Assembly: GCA_017621735.1 (NCBI GenBank)
Contig: JAGASM010000006.1
Span: forward strand, 13,036-77,035
Reading direction: 5' to 3'
Source: Clostridia bacterium
Lineage (GTDB): Bacteria; Bacillota; Clostridia; Christensenellales; Borkfalkiaceae
Length of the DNA stretch: 64,000 nt
The translations under genes and the position numbers were made by a program. Positions 35,026-43,685 of the stretch are shown here, piece by piece; within the stretch, counting starts at the first letter, position 1; every line of letters starts with the position of its first letter. The notes beneath the pieces were generated by a model. The model saw nothing but the letters and a program-made list of their open reading frames with translations. It had not been told where the DNA came from and made no database searches.

Positions 35026-36219
35026 ATGGCAAACGTAATGGATACCCTGCGTGCGCGCGGGTTTGTAAAACAAACGGTTTACGAAGAGGAATTGTACGAA
35101 AAACTCGGCAAAGAAAGCGTGCCGTTTTATATTGGGTTCGATCCCACGGCGGACAGTTTGCACGTGGGGCATTTTATGCAACTGATTGCAATGAAACACA
35201 TGCAAGATGCGGGGCACAAGCCGATTATTCTCATCGGCGGCGGGACGGCGATGATCGGCGATCCTTCGGGCAGAACGGATATGCGTTCGATGATGACGAA
35301 AGAAACGATTTCCTATCACGTTGAGTGTTTCAAAAAACAAATGAGCAAGTTTATCTCCTTTGAGGGGGAAAACGGTGCAATTATCGTCAATAATGCCGAC
35401 TGGCTCTTAAACTTAAACTATATCGATTTCCTTCGCGACATCGGCGTTCATTTTTCTGTCAATAAAATGCTGACGGCGGAATGTTTCCGTTCGCGTATGG
35501 AACGCGGTCTTTCCTTCCTTGAATTCAACTACATGCTCATGCAGGCGTACGATTTCCTCGTCTTGCATCAAAAGTACAACTGCTCGCTTGAACTCGGTGG
35601 GGACGATCAATGGAGCAACATTCTTGCGGGTGCCGATCTCATTCGCAGAAAGGAACAAAAGCCCGCGTTTGCAATGACGTTTACCCTTCTCACGACTTCC
35701 GAAGGGAAGAAAATGGGTAAAACGCAAAAGGGTGCGGTGTGGCTTGACGAAAATAAGACGCCTCCTTACGAGTTTTATCAATATTGGCGGAACACGGCGG
35801 ATGCAGACGTGGAAAAATGCTTAAAACTTCTTACGTTTGTTCCTTTGGAAGAAATTTATGCGCTTTGCGAATTCAAGGACGAACGCATCAACCGCGCCAA
35901 GGAAGTGCTTGCATTCGAACTTACCAAGATGGTACATGGCGAAGAAGCGGCGGTTTCCGCACAAAATCAAGCAAAAGCGGCGTTTGGCGGCGGCGGAGAA
36001 ATGCCCGAAAAGGTCATTCCCGCGGATACGAAAACGGTCGTCGGAGCGCTCGTTGCGTGCGGAATTTGTAAGTCGAACGGGGAAGCGCGCAGACTGATCG
36101 AGCAGGGCGGCGTTTCCATCGGCGAAGAAAAGGTAACGGACGGCAACGCTCTGATTCCCGACGGAGAGTTTATTCTCCATAAAGGGAAAAAGGTACACGT
36201 AAAGGTCGTTCGCGCGTAA
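35026..36219 (+). CDS. tyrS: Tyrosine--tRNA ligase
   Basis: HVGH (class I HIGH) and KMGKT (KMSKS) motifs plus a C-terminal S4 domain. The ORF opens at 34984, but ATG 35026 follows AGGAGG. Confidence 0.95.
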   Translation: MANVMDTLRARGFVKQTVYEEELYEKLGKESVPFYIGFDPTADSLHVGHFMQLIAMKHMQDAGHKPIILIGGGTAMIGDPSGRTDMRSMMTKETISYHVECFKKQMSKFISFEGENGAIIVNNADWLLNLNYIDFLRDIGVHFSVNKMLTAECFRSRMERGLSFLEFNYMLMQAYDFLVLHQKYNCSLELGGDDQWSNILAGADLIRRKEQKPAFAMTFTLLTTSEGKKMGKTQKGAVWLDENKTPPYEFYQYWRNTADADVEKCLKLLTFVPLEEIYALCEFKDERINRAKEVLAFELTKMVHGEEAAVSAQNQAKAAFGGGGEMPEKVIPADTKTVVGALVACGICKSNGEARRLIEQGGVSIGEEKVTDGNALIPDGEFILHKGKKVHVKVVRA

Positions 36220-36857
36220 TGGCTTATTACCAAAGCGTCGTCGGAACGTATTCCTGCGAGCGAATTGTAGAAAAATCCCGCTTTTTAACGTACGTTTCTC
36301 ATACGGAAGGGGAAGACGCAGCGCGAGCGTTTTTGTCGGAGGTGCGCGCGAGCCATCCGCTTGCAACGCACGTTTGCTTTGCCTATATTTCCGATAAAAT
36401 CGGAAACGAGCAACGGTTTTCCGACGACGGCGAACCGCAAGGGACGGCGGGCATGCCCATCTTAAACGTCCTCAAAGCACAAAAACTGTTTGAAACGACG
36501 GTGGCGGTCGTTCGCTATTTCGGCGGGATCAAGTTGGGCGCGGGAGGACTGACGCGCGCCTATTCATCTGCGGCGGCGGAGGGGCTTGACGGTGCGCAAA
36601 AGCGTGGGTACGAAACGTGCGTCGAGGCAAAAATTCGCGTAGATTATGCGCAAATCGACGCAATTTTGCGCTTTTTTGCGGGGGAAAGCGCGCAAGTGCT
36701 TTCGCAAGAATACGGCGAAAAAGCGGAGTACACGGTTGCGGTGAAAGAGGTGGAGTTCGACCTTTTTAGCGGAAATCTTGTAAACTATCTAAACGGAAAA
36801 GTATCGATTGAGGAGGGAGAGAAATATTTTTATCCCTTCCCCGTCGAACGGAAATAA
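36219..36857 (+). CDS. yigZ: YigZ / IMPACT-family protein
   Basis: KSRFLTY, HVCFAY and DDGEPQGTAG motifs. Its ATG overlaps the tyrS stop (TAATG). Confidence 0.85.
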   Translation: MAYYQSVVGTYSCERIVEKSRFLTYVSHTEGEDAARAFLSEVRASHPLATHVCFAYISDKIGNEQRFSDDGEPQGTAGMPILNVLKAQKLFETTVAVVRYFGGIKLGAGGLTRAYSSAAAEGLDGAQKRGYETCVEAKIRVDYAQIDAILRFFAGESAQVLSQEYGEKAEYTVAVKEVEFDLFSGNLVNYLNGKVSIEEGEKYFYPFPVERK

Positions 36858-36867
36858 GAGGTGCGTT

Positions 36868-37929
36868 ATGAAAATAATCAAAAGAGAACAACTCAAACAA
36901 AAGCCCGCGCTCGACAATACGCTCGGGTTTGGAAAATATTTCACCGATTATATGTTCACGATGAAATACACGAAAGAAGCGGGCTGGCACGATGCAAAAA
37001 TTCAACCGAACGAACCCGTGCAGTTTGACCTTGCAACGACAATATTTCATTACGCGCAAGGGATTTTTGAGGGGATGAAGGCGTTTTTGCAACCCGACGG
37101 CACGATTTCGGTATTCCGTCCCGAAGAAAACTGGGCGAGAATGAACCGTTCCGCCGATCGCATGTGCATTCCGCAATTTCCGACGGACGTCGTGCAAGAG
37201 GGACTTGACGAACTTTTGAAGTTGGAAAAGGATTGGATTCCCTCCGCGCCCGGTACCGCGCTCTATATCCGTCCGACCATCGTTGCAACGCGCGTCATGC
37301 TCGGCGTACACGCCTCGACGGAATATCTCTTCTTTATCATCCTTTCTCCCGTCGGCAGTTATTATGCGCACGGGTTAGAGCCGACGCGCCTTCTCGTAGA
37401 AGATTTCTACGTCCGTTCAAGCATCGGCGGAACGGGAGAGGCAAAGTGCCTCGGAAACTACGCCGCATCGATGAAGGCGGGCGAAGAGGCGGAAAAGAAG
37501 GGGTTTGACCAAGTACTTTGGTTGGACGCGCAAGAAAAGAAGTATATCGAGGAAGTGGGGAGCATGAACATGTTCTTCGTAATCGACGGGGAAGTGGTAA
37601 CGCCTGCGCTCGTCGGATCGATTTTGCCCGGTATTACGAGAAAAAGTTGCATTCAAGTATTAAAGGACAAAGGGATTCCCGTCAGCGAACGCCGTATTTC
37701 CATTGACGAAGTAGTGGAAGCGGCGGAAAAAGGAACGTTGGAAGAGGCGTTCGGCACGGGAACGGCGGCGGTCATTTCGCCCGTTGGGCTCATTCAATAC
37801 CGCGGAAAAGATTACGAAATTTGCGGCGGAAAGATGGGTAAAATCACGCAAATGCTTTACGAAACGATCACGGGGATTCAATACGGCAAAACTGCGGATC
37901 CTTACGGATGGAGAAAGATTGTAAAATAA
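36868..37929 (+). CDS. ilvE: Branched-chain amino acid aminotransferase
   Basis: FGKYFTDYMF N-terminus, EGMKAF and GTGEAKCLGNYA motifs. The ORF opens at 36808. Confidence 0.9.
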   Translation: MKIIKREQLKQKPALDNTLGFGKYFTDYMFTMKYTKEAGWHDAKIQPNEPVQFDLATTIFHYAQGIFEGMKAFLQPDGTISVFRPEENWARMNRSADRMCIPQFPTDVVQEGLDELLKLEKDWIPSAPGTALYIRPTIVATRVMLGVHASTEYLFFIILSPVGSYYAHGLEPTRLLVEDFYVRSSIGGTGEAKCLGNYAASMKAGEEAEKKGFDQVLWLDAQEKKYIEEVGSMNMFFVIDGEVVTPALVGSILPGITRKSCIQVLKDKGIPVSERRISIDEVVEAAEKGTLEEAFGTGTAAVISPVGLIQYRGKDYEICGGKMGKITQMLYETITGIQYGKTADPYGWRKIVK

Positions 37930-37931
37930 GA

Positions 37932-37958
37932 AAAAGCCGTCCGATCGGACGGCTTTTT
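37932..37958 (+). terminator. Rho-independent terminator
   Basis: GCCGTCC-GATC-GGACGGC stem followed by T5. Confidence 0.85.
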
Positions 37959-37982
37959 GAAAAAGGAATTTTTTGAAATCTC

Positions 37983-38011
37983 TTTACATAAAAGCCTTTT
38001 TAGTATATAAT
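37983..38011 (+). promoter_or_regulatory. Sigma-A-type promoter (TTTACA-17-TATAAT)
   Basis: Hexamers read directly from the sequence. Confidence 0.6.
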
Positions 38012-38040
38012 AAAAAGGAAGAAGGAGTGGGAATACGGAC

Positions 38041-38868
38041 ATGATCATCGGAAATTGGAAATACATCTTCAAAAATCTTTGGTTTGTTTTACCGTTTGCG
38101 CTGTTGCCTGCGGCGTTTTTTGCCTTTTCTTTCGACTACGAGGCGCTTGCGGTGCTCATGGAATCGTTAACTGCGGGAATTCCCGTCGTCGATTTTGTTC
38201 TTCTGTTCCGCGCATGGAGCATTATTCGCTTTGATTCATGGATCGGCGCGGTCGCGGGGATCGGCGTATATTTGAGTTGCGCGATTTTTATGACGGGAAT
38301 GCTTTCGCTGGTGGAAAAGCATATGCGAATCGGGAAACGTACCTTAAACGGTGCGTTCTCGCAACTTTGGCATCATCTTTTTTCTTCGCTTGCAATCACC
38401 CTTTTGTTTCTCTTTCTCTATGAACTTTGGGCGGTCGTCCTCTCGGCGTTAATGTATGCGATCGGCAGTTTTATTACGGGAACGGCAGGGCTTGTCTTGT
38501 TGAGCGTCGTCGCGTTTATCGCTTGTACGTTTGTATTGCTTTATTGCATCAGTACCTTTTATTTGTGGTATCCGTGCGTACAGTTGACGGGATTCGGACC
38601 TTACGAGGCGCTGCGCTATTCTCACCAACTCGTCATCAACGTGCGCGTAAAACTTGTTTTTACGCTCTTTGTGTCCTTCCTTTTACTTACCGCGGGGTTG
38701 ATCGCAATGGTCGTGCTTCTCTCGGAAATCGTCTTCCGCGTGGGGCTTTTCGTCTTGTTTGTCTTTGTTTTCCTCAGTTTTTGCATCCGTATGGAAACGC
38801 TTTACTTTGCAACCGACCGTTTGGAACGCGAGGACTTAAAACACAGTTATAAGGGGGTTCGTTTATGA
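38041..38868 (+). CDS. Hypothetical polytopic membrane protein
   Basis: About 6 hydrophobic helices. No family recognised. Confidence 0.55.
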   Translation: MIIGNWKYIFKNLWFVLPFALLPAAFFAFSFDYEALAVLMESLTAGIPVVDFVLLFRAWSIIRFDSWIGAVAGIGVYLSCAIFMTGMLSLVEKHMRIGKRTLNGAFSQLWHHLFSSLAITLLFLFLYELWAVVLSALMYAIGSFITGTAGLVLLSVVAFIACTFVLLYCISTFYLWYPCVQLTGFGPYEALRYSHQLVINVRVKLVFTLFVSFLLLTAGLIAMVVLLSEIVFRVGLFVLFVFVFLSFCIRMETLYFATDRLEREDLKHSYKGVRL

Positions 38869-39803
38869 GATTCAAAAACGCGTTTTCCGTATTGATCGAT
38901 AACTACGGCAACGTATTCAAGTTGCTTTTGTACCGTTTGATTACGGGGGTCGTCTTTTTCAGTCTTGCTTACGTTATCGTCAGTTTGAACCTTCGCGGGA
39001 TTGTAAACAGCGCTGAAACGGGAGAGGTTATTGCGCTTATTAAGGAGTTTTTATCTGCGCTTACCAGCGGGCAAACGGATTATTTGCAAGGGTTTAACGA
39101 GACGTTTATGTCCGCCGTAAAAAATTTCCTCATTATGTTGCAAGGACGGATCGGAACGATCGTATGGTCGGTTGTCGGGCTTGTTTTCATTTATATTTTA
39201 AGTCGGTTTTTTAACGGGCTTGGTGTATTTACGGTTGGAAGCGCCATTGACGATAGAATGCAAACGTATGCGCATACGAAATTTTCCTCTTCGTTCTTTA
39301 TGGATTTCGGGCGTGCGGCGCTCTATCAGGTCGTTTACGTTCCGCTCGTATTCGTTTACGACGTATTGAGCATCTTGGCGTGTTGGTTTTTCTTCTTCTA
39401 TGCGCTTTCGTTTTTGCCGCTTTTGATGTCGATCATCTTGGTCGTTACTTCGCTCGTATGTTTGCAAGCGGTAAAACTTTCTTTTGTGTCGGCTTGGATG
39501 CCCGCAATCGTAACGGATAAGCAAAGAGTTTTCCCCGCCATGAAGAAGAGTTTCCGCGCACTCCGCGGATTCTCCAAGCGGTTTGCAAGTTATCTTGTTA
39601 CCATTTATTTGGTTATCATTGTAAACGTGATCGCGACGATCTGCACGCTTGGAAGCGGATTGCTTCTTTCCGTTCCGACGAGTTACGTATTCTTGCTTTG
39701 CTTGCAATACGTGCATTATAACGAAGACGAAGGGAAAAAGTATTTCCTTTCCTATCATAAAATTGCGGATAGCCACGATAAGCCGTCCGTACTTGGAGAA
39801 TAA
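38865..39803 (+). CDS. Hypothetical polytopic membrane protein
   Basis: ATGA overlap with the preceding gene. About 6 helices. No family recognised. Confidence 0.55.
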   Translation: MRFKNAFSVLIDNYGNVFKLLLYRLITGVVFFSLAYVIVSLNLRGIVNSAETGEVIALIKEFLSALTSGQTDYLQGFNETFMSAVKNFLIMLQGRIGTIVWSVVGLVFIYILSRFFNGLGVFTVGSAIDDRMQTYAHTKFSSSFFMDFGRAALYQVVYVPLVFVYDVLSILACWFFFFYALSFLPLLMSIILVVTSLVCLQAVKLSFVSAWMPAIVTDKQRVFPAMKKSFRALRGFSKRFASYLVTIYLVIIVNVIATICTLGSGLLLSVPTSYVFLLCLQYVHYNEDEGKKYFLSYHKIADSHDKPSVLGE

Positions 39804-39845
39804 TTGTAGGCTTCGGCATTAAGCCGAAACGTGTAAGGAGATCTT

Positions 39846-41564
39846 ATGGGATATCAAAAAACGTACGAACAGTGGATGAACGACAAAAGATTAAACGAAG
39901 AGGGGAGAAGAGAACTCGCATGTATTTCTCTTGACGAAAAGGAGAAGGAGTACCGTTTCGGCGGCGAGTTGGAATTCGGTACGGCGGGCATGCGCGGGAT
40001 TATCGGATACGGCGTGAATATGATGAACGTCTATACCGTTATGCGCGCAACGCAAGGACTTTCCGAGTACATTCTTACCCTTTCCAAGGAAGATCAACAA
40101 AAGGGCGTCGTCATTTCTTACGATACCCGTAGAAACAGTAAGCGGTTTGCTTTGGCTGCCGCGGGGGTGCTTGCAAAAAACGGAATTAAGGCTTATTTGT
40201 TTGATGAGGTGCATCCCGTTCCGATGCTTTCGTACGCGGTACGTTATCTTGGGACGATCGCGGGAATCATGATTACCGCGTCGCATAACCCGAAGGAATA
40301 TAACGGATACAAAGTATACGGGGAAGACGGGGCGCAAATGTCCCCCGAGGCGACGGCGGAAGTCGTTTCGTACATCAATGCGATCACCGACTACCTCTCC
40401 GTTTCCGGCGATGAAAACAGCGACCTCATCTTGCCCGTTCCCTCCGAAGTGGACGAAACGTACGTAGAAGAACTTTCCCGTCTTACCCTTTCGGAAAAGG
40501 CGGTCAAAGAGTGCGGAAAAAATCTTAAACTCGTCTATACCCCCGTACATGGGTCGGGCTACGTGCCTGTCATGCGCATTTTGAAAAAACTCGGCATCAA
40601 CGTAACGGTGGTGCAAGAACAGGTAAGCGAGGATACGGAATTTAGCACGGTTGCCGTTCCCAACCCCGAGTTTAAGGAAACGCTCTCCATGGGCATCGAC
40701 CTTGCAAACAAGATCGACGCGGACGTCGTGTTCGGGACGGATCCCGATTCCGACCGTTTGGGCGTTGCAATCAAGGACGACAAGGGAGAATTTACCGCGC
40801 TTTCGGGAAATCAAGTGGGAATTTTGCTCCTCGACTATATTTTGACGCGCTTAAAAGAGGAGGGGGAACTTCCTCAAAATGCGGCGGTCGTTAAGTCGTT
40901 TGTTACGACGGGAATGGCAAAGGCGATTTGCGATGCGTTTGGCGTTGCGCTTTACGAAACGCCCGTCGGATTCAAATTCATCGGCGAAAAAATCAAGCAG
41001 TGGGAAGCAAACGGCGCGCATACGTACGTATTCGGGTTTGAAGAGTCGTGCGGGTACTTGCGCGGAACGCATGCGCGCGACAAGGATGCCGTCGTCGCAT
41101 CCATGCTCTGTGCCGAAATGGTTTGTTACTATACCTATATCGGTAAAACGGTATACGGAAGATTGCAAGAAATTTATAAAGATTACGGGTACGTTCTTGA
41201 TAAAAACGTATCGATTACGTATTCGGGACTGAATGCGATGAAGGAAATGAACGCCGTCGTCGACGGGTTGAAACGGGTATCCGTTTCCACCATCGGACCT
41301 TTCCGCGTAGAAGCGGTGCGCGACTATTCTTCGTCCATTCGCCGTTTATCCGACGGCACGGAAGAAACGCTCGACATTCCCAAATGCAACTGCGTGTATT
41401 ACGAGCTTGCGGGCGGTTCGTTCGTTTGCGTCCGTCCTTCGGGAACGGAGCCGAAGTTAAAATTGTACTACTCCGTCAAGGCGTCGTCCGAAGAAGAGGC
41501 GAAAATCGCTTTGGAAGCGTGCAAAGTTGCCGTCGGCGAACTTTTGGAAAAAGTAAAAAATTAA
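39846..41564 (+). CDS. Phospho-sugar mutase (alpha-phosphoglucomutase/phosphomannomutase family)
   Basis: Active-site loop TASHNPKEYNGYKVY, GTDPDSDR and GFEESCGY motifs. Confidence 0.9.
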   Translation: MGYQKTYEQWMNDKRLNEEGRRELACISLDEKEKEYRFGGELEFGTAGMRGIIGYGVNMMNVYTVMRATQGLSEYILTLSKEDQQKGVVISYDTRRNSKRFALAAAGVLAKNGIKAYLFDEVHPVPMLSYAVRYLGTIAGIMITASHNPKEYNGYKVYGEDGAQMSPEATAEVVSYINAITDYLSVSGDENSDLILPVPSEVDETYVEELSRLTLSEKAVKECGKNLKLVYTPVHGSGYVPVMRILKKLGINVTVVQEQVSEDTEFSTVAVPNPEFKETLSMGIDLANKIDADVVFGTDPDSDRLGVAIKDDKGEFTALSGNQVGILLLDYILTRLKEEGELPQNAAVVKSFVTTGMAKAICDAFGVALYETPVGFKFIGEKIKQWEANGAHTYVFGFEESCGYLRGTHARDKDAVVASMLCAEMVCYYTYIGKTVYGRLQEIYKDYGYVLDKNVSITYSGLNAMKEMNAVVDGLKRVSVSTIGPFRVEAVRDYSSSIRRLSDGTEETLDIPKCNCVYYELAGGSFVCVRPSGTEPKLKLYYSVKASSEEEAKIALEACKVAVGELLEKVKN

Positions 41565-41581
41565 GCAAAACGATAGCATAG

Positions 41582-41614
41582 AGGGTGCGGAAATTTTTTC
41601 CGCACCCTTTCTTT
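41582..41614 (+). terminator. Rho-independent terminator
   Basis: AGGGTGCGG-N9-CCGCACCCT stem followed by TTCTTT. Confidence 0.8.
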
Positions 41615-41856
41615 GTAGCCTTTAGCGGAAACGAACCACCACTTGAAGTGGTGGTATAAAAAAGCTTTGGCAAAAACCCCCTGTGTTATAAAAAGGTGGG
41701 GTTTCCGACCGCAAATAAAAAACACAGGAGGATTCGTCATGACGGTAGCCTTTAGCGAACCACCACTTGAAGCGGTGGTATAAAAAGCTTTGGCAAAAGG
41801 AATCCCCCTGTGTTATAATAAAGTAGTTTGCCGACCGCAACTAAAAAACGACAGGC
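41615..41856. repeat. Tandem duplication (about 2 x 125-130 bp) of a structured intergenic module
   Basis: GTAGCCTTTAGCG..AACCACCACTTGAAG(T/C)GGTGGTATAAAAAGCTTTGGCAAAA..CCCCCTGTGTTATAA begins at 41615 and 41745. Each copy has a CCACCAC/GTGGTGG hairpin and a TTGGCA...TGTTATAA(A/T) promoter-like element. Confidence 0.85.
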
Positions 41857-41902
41857 GTATTATTTAGACGGATGTAAAAGAGAAAGAAAATTGAGCAAAG
41901 AT

Positions 41903-41931
41903 TTGACATTATTTCATGGGTATTGTATAAT
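41903..41931 (+). promoter_or_regulatory. Consensus sigma-A promoter (TTGACA-17-TATAAT)
   Basis: Hexamers read directly from the sequence. Confidence 0.7.
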
Positions 41932-41958
41932 AAAAAAGTTAACGAAAGGAGATTTGCT

Positions 41959-42870
41959 ATGATTTATCTGAAAGATTTTAAGCAAGGAAAACTTCTTTAC
42001 GAAGCGCTCGATTCCGACGTCCGACTTGGGATTTTGGAAGAACTTTTACGCGAAGGGGAACTCAACTTGGCGTATTTTGCGCGCAAATTTAACGTTTCTA
42101 ACGGCGCGATCACGGCGCATATCAAAAAATTACACGAGGCGGGACTGATCGACATTACCACTTCATCTGGCATCCGCGGGACGCAAAAAATTTGCTGCCT
42201 TGCGACGGATAAAATTATCGTCGATTTCATGAAAACGCCACACACGGAAGGGCGCGTTGAGGCGGCGCATATCGATATCGGGCATTACGTCGGATACGAC
42301 ATTCACCCTACTTGCGGGCTCGTTACGAGGGAAAACATCATCGGTCGGTTTGACGATCCCGCGTGCTTTTCTTATCCCGAGCGCATCCGCGCGGGGCTTT
42401 TGTGGCTTTCTTGGGGGTACGTAGAGTACCTCGTTCCCAACTATTTGACGGACGATTCCGAACTTTTAGAATTGCAATTTTCTATGGAAATCGCTTCGGA
42501 AGCGCCTGGTTATTCCGCATATTATCCGAGCGATATTCACTTTTCCGTCAACGGACACACGCTCGGCTACTATACGAGCAAGGGGGAAAATAACGACCGA
42601 ACGGGTACGTGCAACCCCTCTTGGTGGTTTGGGAATCTCGGACAGTACGGCAAAAAAATTCTCATCGTCGTCAACAACGAAGGTTCGTTTATCAGCGGGA
42701 TGAAAGTGTCCGACGTCAAATTGAGCGATTTGGACCTTCAAGCGGGAAAACAAATTCTCTTCCGCATTTTCGTCCCGGAGGACGCGGTGCACCGCGGAGG
42801 CTTTTCCCTGTTTGGAAAGGGGTTTGGCGATTACGACGAGGGAATCGTCTGCAATTTTGTGAGAAGATAA
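41959..42870 (+). CDS. ArsR-family wHTH regulator with a ~200-aa uncharacterised C-terminal domain
   Basis: The stretch LDSDVRLGILEELLREGELNLAYFARKFNVSNGAITAHIKKLHEAGLI is ArsR-like. ATG 41959 follows GGAG; the ORF opens at 41923. Confidence 0.7.
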   Translation: MIYLKDFKQGKLLYEALDSDVRLGILEELLREGELNLAYFARKFNVSNGAITAHIKKLHEAGLIDITTSSGIRGTQKICCLATDKIIVDFMKTPHTEGRVEAAHIDIGHYVGYDIHPTCGLVTRENIIGRFDDPACFSYPERIRAGLLWLSWGYVEYLVPNYLTDDSELLELQFSMEIASEAPGYSAYYPSDIHFSVNGHTLGYYTSKGENNDRTGTCNPSWWFGNLGQYGKKILIVVNNEGSFISGMKVSDVKLSDLDLQAGKQILFRIFVPEDAVHRGGFSLFGKGFGDYDEGIVCNFVRR

Positions 42871-42871
42871 G

Positions 42872-43663
42872 ATGAAAGCGGGAATTTCTACGGCCTCACT
42901 TTTTTTAAGACAATTAAACGAAGATGCGATTTCCCTTCTTTCCGAGTGGAACGTTGCCTGCGCGGAAGTGTTTTTTACCACTTTTTCCGAATACGATCCA
43001 ACTTTTTCAAAACTGCTCGCGCAAAGAAAGGGGAAGACGGAAGTTCACTCCGTCCACGTTTTGAATACGCAGTTCGAACCGCAACTTTACAACGCGCATC
43101 CCCGCGCGAAGGAAGACGCCTTTTTTTGGCTTGAAAAGGTGATGGAATCGGCGAACGTGCTGGGGGCAAAACATTATACCTTTCACGGAATTGCCCGCTT
43201 AAAGCGGACGTTTCGGGAAGATTTTGAACGGGTGGGAAAAGGAACGCAAGAAATATTTGAATTTTGCAAAAAGCGCGGCGTTACGCTGTGCTACGAAAAC
43301 GTCGAATGGGCGTTTTACAACCGACCGGGGATTTTTCGCGAACTGCGCGCTCGATGCGAGGGCTTGAAGGGGGTTCTCGACGTCAAACAGGCGCGGATCA
43401 CGGGGTATCCTTATCAAGAATATCTCAAAGAAATGGGGGAAGATCTTGCCCACGTACACGTCAGCGACGTGGACGAACGGGGAAAGATGTGCTTGCCCGG
43501 GGAGGGGACGTTTGATTTTGACGAACTCGTCGTCCGATTGAAGGACGTGGGGTTTGACGGTCCGCTTCTCATCGAGAACTATCAAACCGACTATCAATCG
43601 GTTGAAGAGATCAAAGCGTCGTACGAGTATCTGTCCGAACTGCTCTATAAGCATTCGGTATAA
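42872..43663 (+). CDS. Sugar phosphate isomerase/epimerase (xylose-isomerase-like TIM barrel)
   Basis: Family-typical pattern (HYTFHG, CYENVEW, HVHVSD, LIENY). Confidence 0.75.
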   Translation: MKAGISTASLFLRQLNEDAISLLSEWNVACAEVFFTTFSEYDPTFSKLLAQRKGKTEVHSVHVLNTQFEPQLYNAHPRAKEDAFFWLEKVMESANVLGAKHYTFHGIARLKRTFREDFERVGKGTQEIFEFCKKRGVTLCYENVEWAFYNRPGIFRELRARCEGLKGVLDVKQARITGYPYQEYLKEMGEDLAHVHVSDVDERGKMCLPGEGTFDFDELVVRLKDVGFDGPLLIENYQTDYQSVEEIKASYEYLSELLYKHSV

Positions 43664-43685
43664 ATAAATATCATCGGGGGATGAA

